In this document: positions 58,978 to 64,000 of the stretch, piece by piece
How the letters are laid out: each line of letters starts with the position of its first letter
Numbering within the stretch: the stretch's first letter is position 1
Assembly: GCA_017303955.1 (NCBI GenBank)
Contig: JAFLBC010000021.1
Location: forward strand, 15,810-79,809
Length of the DNA stretch: 64,000 nt
Source of the DNA: Acidobacteriota bacterium
GTDB lineage: Bacteria > Acidobacteriota > Blastocatellia > Chloracidobacteriales > JADJPF01
Direction of reading: 5' to 3'
Made by a program: the position numbers and the translations under genes
The notes under the pieces: generated by a model
Seen by the model: only the letters and a program-made list of their open reading frames with translations
What the model was told of the DNA's origin: nothing
The model's database searches: none

Positions 58978-60333
58978 TTATAATTTGATAACTTTATCTA
59001 AATTTTCTGTTACATAACGTGTAGCATTTCGAGTATCAATTATTAATGGGGCATGATCGACTATAAATTGATAATTAAAATCGCTGTGATCTGTAACAAT
59101 TATTACTGCATCAGAGTAGGTTAATACAGTACGATCTATTTCTACACTTTCAATAACAAGGTCATTTTCTAAAACTAAAGAAGGCACATATGGGTCACTA
59201 TAAGCAATAATAGAGCCTTTTTGATGCAACTTTTGCAGAATTTCTAAGGCTGGTGATTCTCTAACATCATCAATATTTCGTTTATAGGCAACACCTAAAA
59301 CTAATATTTTTGACCCATTTAGAGGTTTACGATGTTTATTTAAGGCATCTGAAACTATTTCAACAACATGACTTGGCATATTAGAATTAATTTCTTCTGC
59401 TAAGGAAATAAACCTAGCTTCAAAGCCATGCATACGAGCTTTCCAAGATAAGTAAATAGGATCTAGTGGAATACAATGACCGCCAATGCCGGGGCCAGGA
59501 TAAAAGGGCATAAAACCAAAGGGTTTGGTAGCGGCTGCTTCTACTACTTCCCAAACATTTACACCTAAAGCATGGCATAACATAGCAATTTCATTTACTA
59601 GGCCAATGTTAACACTACGAAAAGTGTTTTCTAGTAATTTAGTTGTTTCTGCTACTTTAGCAGAAGATACTTTGTGAACATTACCAATTACTTTTTGGTA
59701 AACCGTAGCAGCAATTTCGGTTGAAAGCTGCGAGACTCCACCAACTACTTTAGGAATATTACCTGTATGAAATTGAGGATTACCTGGGTCAACTCGCTCT
59801 GGGGAAAATGCTAAGAAGAAATCCTGATCAACTTTTAAGCCTGTTTCCTCAAATAGTGGCAATAAAACTTCATCTGTTGTACCAGGATAAGTAGTGCTTT
59901 CAAGCATTATTAATTGTCCTGGGTGCAAATGAGTTTTGATAGCTTCAGCAGCAGCTAAAATATAAGAAATATCAGGTTCTTTTGTTTTACTTAAAGGTGT
60001 AGGGACACAAATTATTACAATATCTGATTCTGATAAAACATCAAAACTTGTACTAGCACTAAAAAGCAGCTTTTCAACCAGTGTTGAGACTTTTTCACTA
60101 GCAATATCTTTAATATAAGAAAAACCTTGGTTTAACTCTGCTACTTTTTCTGGGTTAGTATCTATTCCTAATACAGAAAAACCAGCTTGACCAAATTCTA
60201 CGGCTAAGGGTAAGCCAACATATCCTAAGCCAATAATTGCTATACGTGCTTGTACGGAAGAGATTTTACTAAGTAAAACATTTTGGCTACTTAAAACTGT
60301 GCAACTACTCATTAATAATGCTCCTAAAAACAA
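58978..60333 (-). CDS. Nucleotide-sugar dehydrogenase (UDP-N-acetyl-D-mannosamine/-glucosamine dehydrogenase-like)
   Basis: IAIIGLGYVGLPLAVEF Rossmann motif. Catalytic Cys context GIGGHCIPLD. Confidence 0.8.
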   Translation of the reverse strand: MFLGALLMSSCTVLSSQNVLLSKISSVQARIAIIGLGYVGLPLAVEFGQAGFSVLGIDTNPEKVAELNQGFSYIKDIASEKVSTLVEKLLFSASTSFDVLSESDIVIICVPTPLSKTKEPDISYILAAAEAIKTHLHPGQLIMLESTTYPGTTDEVLLPLFEETGLKVDQDFFLAFSPERVDPGNPQFHTGNIPKVVGGVSQLSTEIAATVYQKVIGNVHKVSSAKVAETTKLLENTFRSVNIGLVNEIAMLCHALGVNVWEVVEAAATKPFGFMPFYPGPGIGGHCIPLDPIYLSWKARMHGFEARFISLAEEINSNMPSHVVEIVSDALNKHRKPLNGSKILVLGVAYKRNIDDVRESPALEILQKLHQKGSIIAYSDPYVPSLVLENDLVIESVEIDRTVLTYSDAVIIVTDHSDFNYQFIVDHAPLIIDTRNATRYVTENLDKVIKL

Positions 60334-60359
60334 AAAATAATGCTCTTAAAATGTTAATA

Positions 60360-60385
60360 GGCCACCAAAAGGTGGCCGAAGGAAT
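60360..60385 (-). terminator. Rho-independent terminator for the NHL-repeat gene
   Basis: ggccacc-aaaa-ggtggcc hairpin. The minus-strand transcript continues into TATTAACATTTT. Confidence 0.6.
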
Positions 60386-60400
60386 TATTTACTGGTAGAT

Positions 60401-62680
60401 TTAAGGTAAGACGACTCGGCGAACTCTATGATTACCTGAATCTACTACTAAAATGACTTTATCTTCTATCATAAGCATAAATCTTGGATCACGAAATGCT
60501 ACTTTTGGTGCTGATCCGTCTTCAAAACCTCTAGCACCACCAATAACTGTTGTAACTATTCCATCAGGCGTAACTCTACGGATACGGCTGCCATCAAAAT
60601 CTAGTACATAAAGATTTCCAGCCATATCAAAAGTAGATGAAATTGGGCCTTTTAGGACTGCAAAAAATCTATTGCCATCTCCAAAAGTAGGACTATTAAC
60701 ATTTACTTGGTTTAATGCGCTAGATTGAATGCGGCGACGAAGGCCAACAAATACTTGTACTTGATTGGAAGACATATCTACTTGGCGAATTGAGTTATTA
60801 GAAAAATCACTAACAAATAGTGTGTTATTTCTCATTATTAACCCTAATGGACGGTTAAACTGTACGCTATTTCCATTTCCATCAGAAAGGCCAGGAAAAC
60901 CATTACCTAAAACTGTAGAAACAGAAGTTGCCTCACCATTTTCTAAGGTAATTTTACGAATTACATTATTAAATGAGTCAGATATTAATAGATTTCTGTC
61001 CATATCTATTGCAATTCCATAAGGGCCAGAAAAGACGGCTCTTGAAGGAATATCATCTAAAAAGCCCATTTCGCCTACACGTTCTTTAGTACCATCTTCA
61101 TTTCTTGCCATTCGACTTTTACCTGCAATTGTGTCAACTGTAAAAGTACCTGAACTATTAGGTCGTAATCTTCTGATAGCTTCATTACCAAAGTCTGTAA
61201 CATAGATAGTGTTATCAGGAGTAACAACAATTCCAATAGGATTACTAAAGCGTACTGTAGGATTATTTTTATTTATTTCATCTGTATCAACATAACCAGG
61301 TATTCCATCAGGATCTCCTGCTATGGTGACAAGTTGACCTGAGCTTGGGTTAAATCTTCGGATAGCGTTATTGGTTTGATCTGCAATATAAATCATTCCA
61401 TCTGGCCCAACTGCTAATTGGCTTGGATTAGTTAGCAAAGCATCTTTTCCTGAGCCATCAGTAAAACCTGGAAAACTACCTAATATTGTTGAAACTGTAC
61501 CAGCAGGTTCTACTACTAAAGGGACAATATTTGTTGTTCCTTTATTGGTGCTAAGCTGTAAATTTAATGTAGTTGGACTTTCAAGTTGTTTAGTTCTAAC
61601 AACTATTCTTATAGTACGTCTACTTAATTCTGTAACATCATCTTTTTTAATTTTTATTCCATTAAATGTAGCTTCTTTAAAGTTTTCTAGGTTTGCACCT
61701 ATAACAATCATTTCTACATCTTTTGTACCAGCAACAATGTTGGAGGGATCAATTGAATAAATTAAAGGGGTTTTATCAGAAGGTGTGACATCAAATAGTA
61801 AAGTTTCTGAGTCACCAACATTAGGAGTTACTACTTTTACTGTTATTTGTCCTACTTTAGTAAATAAGCTTGCATCAAAAGTTGCTTCAAGCTGAGTAGT
61901 TTTCTTTTTACCTTTTTGTAATGTTACTGGGACAGATTGACCATTAACAAGTACAATACTATCTTTAGTAAAGTTACCACCTTTAATTTTTACTTTAGTT
62001 GTTTTTGCTCCAAGATCTGCACTACTTGGTTCTAACTCAGTTAGATTTGGCCCAGGAGAGGCAATAGTAATATTAAAAGTGTTAGAAAGAGTTCCATCAC
62101 CATTTTCTATTTGAACAGGCAATGTACCAACAAAAGTAGTTTCAATAGGATCAACTGTTCCAATTGCAAAAGAAAGTTCGCCTTTGCGTCTAATTTGTGT
62201 AGTGGTCTTAAATCCACCAACTCTAACAATTGATTTGCTAGTAAAGTTATTTCCTTGAATTTCTACACCAAAGTTAGTAGCAATTTCATTAGCAATAACA
62301 ATTCTAGGGCGAATTGCAGTAATTACTACATCACTAGCAGCAACAACATCAATAGTATCAGTATTTGATATTGTTCCTTTGGACATTACAGCAATAGTAA
62401 TTGTACCTGGTTGAGCAATTAAATTGGCTGGAACAGTGCCAATCAAAGTTCCCTCTTGGAATTGAGTATTTACAGGGCTACCATTAACTATTAATGAAGA
62501 ATCTTTTTTATATTTGCTTTTACCCACCACTCTAACGCGAAGTTCGCTATCTCCAGCAGTTACTTTTTTAGGAAAAATATTTTTAATATTAGGAGTATTG
62601 TTTTGGGCCAGAGCTTGGTTAGGATTAATAAAAACTAAGCTAAAAAAAACAATTAAAAGACTAAATATCAGTCCTCGCAT
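60401..62680 (-). CDS. Secreted IPT/TIG-domain + NHL-repeat beta-propeller protein
   Basis: Signal peptide. Several Ig-like modules of about 90 aa (IPT/TIG-like). C-terminal repeated ...YV.D..N..IRR..... blocks typical of NHL repeats. Confidence 0.65.
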   Translation of the reverse strand: MRGLIFSLLIVFFSLVFINPNQALAQNNTPNIKNIFPKKVTAGDSELRVRVVGKSKYKKDSSLIVNGSPVNTQFQEGTLIGTVPANLIAQPGTITIAVMSKGTISNTDTIDVVAASDVVITAIRPRIVIANEIATNFGVEIQGNNFTSKSIVRVGGFKTTTQIRRKGELSFAIGTVDPIETTFVGTLPVQIENGDGTLSNTFNITIASPGPNLTELEPSSADLGAKTTKVKIKGGNFTKDSIVLVNGQSVPVTLQKGKKKTTQLEATFDASLFTKVGQITVKVVTPNVGDSETLLFDVTPSDKTPLIYSIDPSNIVAGTKDVEMIVIGANLENFKEATFNGIKIKKDDVTELSRRTIRIVVRTKQLESPTTLNLQLSTNKGTTNIVPLVVEPAGTVSTILGSFPGFTDGSGKDALLTNPSQLAVGPDGMIYIADQTNNAIRRFNPSSGQLVTIAGDPDGIPGYVDTDEINKNNPTVRFSNPIGIVVTPDNTIYVTDFGNEAIRRLRPNSSGTFTVDTIAGKSRMARNEDGTKERVGEMGFLDDIPSRAVFSGPYGIAIDMDRNLLISDSFNNVIRKITLENGEATSVSTVLGNGFPGLSDGNGNSVQFNRPLGLIMRNNTLFVSDFSNNSIRQVDMSSNQVQVFVGLRRRIQSSALNQVNVNSPTFGDGNRFFAVLKGPISSTFDMAGNLYVLDFDGSRIRRVTPDGIVTTVIGGARGFEDGSAPKVAFRDPRFMLMIEDKVILVVDSGNHRVRRVVLP

Positions 62681-63239
62681 AATTTTTAACCTTCCTCAGT
62701 ATCAAACATAAGCTAAAATAATGTTGATAAAAATTTTTTAGATACACAATTAAGAAATCAACAGTTTAACAAACTTACTCTGCTATCTTCAACCTAGATG
62801 CCTTAATTGTTTCCTAAATATCTTATAAATCAATTACTATTACTTTTGATAACTCAATAAATTTAAGATACTAGATTTAATTTATTTCCCTTTTGTTTTA
62901 TTCCAAAGAAAATAGTTTAGATAAATAACCTAGTGTATTTACCGTTTTAATTTTACTAGATTCTAGCTTAAAGCTATAGATGTTAAACACCAGAATTGGA
63001 TTAAAAGTTTAATTAGCTGCAAAAATTTTTGTCTCTCATGGATTTATAAATACTCCAAAAAATATATTTAAGCTGTTGTGGCTAGGATTGCTTAACAATT
63101 AGGAACAAAAGCTTGAGTATAAATAGAGTTTCTCTTATCCTATTGCATTGTCAAAATTAGTTCCTCTAAATCTTTTAAGAGTTCAGTTAAATTTTTAGTA
63201 TTTTGTTAGGAAAGCAACTTACTTTCTCAGGATATTATT

Positions 63240-64000
63240 ATGGACATAGCTCTATTAATTGAATGGTCAGTCAAAATAGGCATAGTATTTTTTATCTTGA
63301 TGACAGCCTTAGCCTATATTGTTTTATTAGAGCGTCGGCTACTAGGTTTTATCCAAATGCGTTTAGGCCCTAACAGAGTTGGCCCATTTGGACTTCTTCA
63401 ACCTTTAGCTGATGGAATTAAATTCTTCTTTAAGGAAGAAATAATTCCTCATGAAGCAGATCGCGCACTCTATATTTTAGCTCCAATGGTTGCCTTAATT
63501 CCTGCTTTAACAACAGTTGCTGTAATTCCTTTTGGTGAAAGTGTAACTGTTAGCCTTTGGGGTTATACTCGTGAAATAGGACTTTATATTACGAAAGTAG
63601 ATGTAAGTTTACTTGTAGTCTTTGCCTTAACCAGCATGGGAATTTATGGAATTGTTCTAGCAGGTTGGTCATCCAATAATAAATATTCTTTAATGGGTGG
63701 TTTGAGATCTTCAGCACAAATGATTAGCTATGAATTAGCTATGAGTTTAGCTGTTGTTGGAGTAGTAGTTTTTAGCGGATCTTTAGATTTAACACAAATT
63801 GTTAAAGAGCAAATGAATACTTGGGGCGGCATTATACCTAAGTGGAATATATTGACTCAACCTATAGGATTTTTATTATTTTTGATTGCTGCTATTGCAG
63901 AAACTAATCGTGTACCTTTTGACTTACCAGAAGCAGAAACTGAGCTAGTCGCAGGTTTTCACACAGAATATAGTTCTATGAAATTTGCTATATTCTTTAT
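63240..64000 (+). CDS. nuoH: NADH-quinone oxidoreductase subunit H (5' part; continues beyond the window)
   Basis: Translation from ATG 63240: MDIALLIEWSVKIGIVFFILMTALAYIVLLERRLLGFIQMRLGPNRVGPFGLLQPLADGIKFF...ETNRVPFDLPEAETELVAGFHTEYS. This contains the conserved NuoH/ND1 motifs. No stop codon before the window end. Confidence 0.85.
   Translation, partial: MDIALLIEWSVKIGIVFFILMTALAYIVLLERRLLGFIQMRLGPNRVGPFGLLQPLADGIKFFFKEEIIPHEADRALYILAPMVALIPALTTVAVIPFGESVTVSLWGYTREIGLYITKVDVSLLVVFALTSMGIYGIVLAGWSSNNKYSLMGGLRSSAQMISYELAMSLAVVGVVVFSGSLDLTQIVKEQMNTWGGIIPKWNILTQPIGFLLFLIAAIAETNRVPFDLPEAETELVAGFHTEYSSMKFAIFF

Overview
This is an AT-rich bacterial chromosomal window of about 50 genes, roughly 35% GC by eye. 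The mix of carboxypeptidase-regulatory-like outer-membrane proteins, NHL/IPT proteins and several Ser/Thr kinases loosely suggests an Acidobacteriota-like or similar Gram-negative lineage; this is inference only.

Main contents, in order along the window:
- 1-5.6 kb: a class D (OXA-type) beta-lactamase next to a MacA/MacB-like tripartite efflux module.
- 5.8-16.3 kb: a LonC-like protease with a degenerate Walker A motif, lying tail-to-tail with a complete type III-B CRISPR-Cas effector operon on the minus strand. Gene order is cmr2 (Cas10 lacking the HD domain but retaining GGDD), cmr3, cmr1, cmr4, cmr5, cmr6, then a Csx1-type CARF-HEPN RNase. No CRISPR array, cas6 or cas1/cas2 is visible anywhere in the window.
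- 16.7-30.7 kb: housekeeping and accessory genes, including an OmpA-family protein, a DUF62 SAM hydroxide adenosyltransferase, two MFS transporters, a C-N hydrolase, a GntR regulator, PepP, HU, a GT28 glycosyltransferase and an aldo/keto reductase.
- 30.9-36.8 kb: a clear bacterial major vault protein (MVP) homolog, then a small ORF, then a 900-aa VIT+vWA protein that resembles the VIT-vWA module of VPARP. This is a candidate minimal vault-like locus and the most interesting part of the window.
- 36.9-49.5 kb: a giant Ser/Thr kinase with AAA-like and TPR regions, a NUDIX hydrolase, a second Ser/Thr kinase, a secreted thermonuclease-like protein, a hybrid response-regulator/histidine kinase and signal peptidase I.
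- 49.8-64 kb: the conserved rpmE-DUF1385-prfA block, a CarbopepD_reg/TonB-dependent-like outer-membrane protein, two nucleotide-sugar dehydrogenases, an NHL-repeat protein and the 5' part of nuoH.

Several rho-independent terminators, one near-consensus sigma70 promoter embedded in a palindrome, and a 10-copy 9-bp tandem repeat were found by eye. All calls rest on motif recognition in the supplied translations; no database searches were run.
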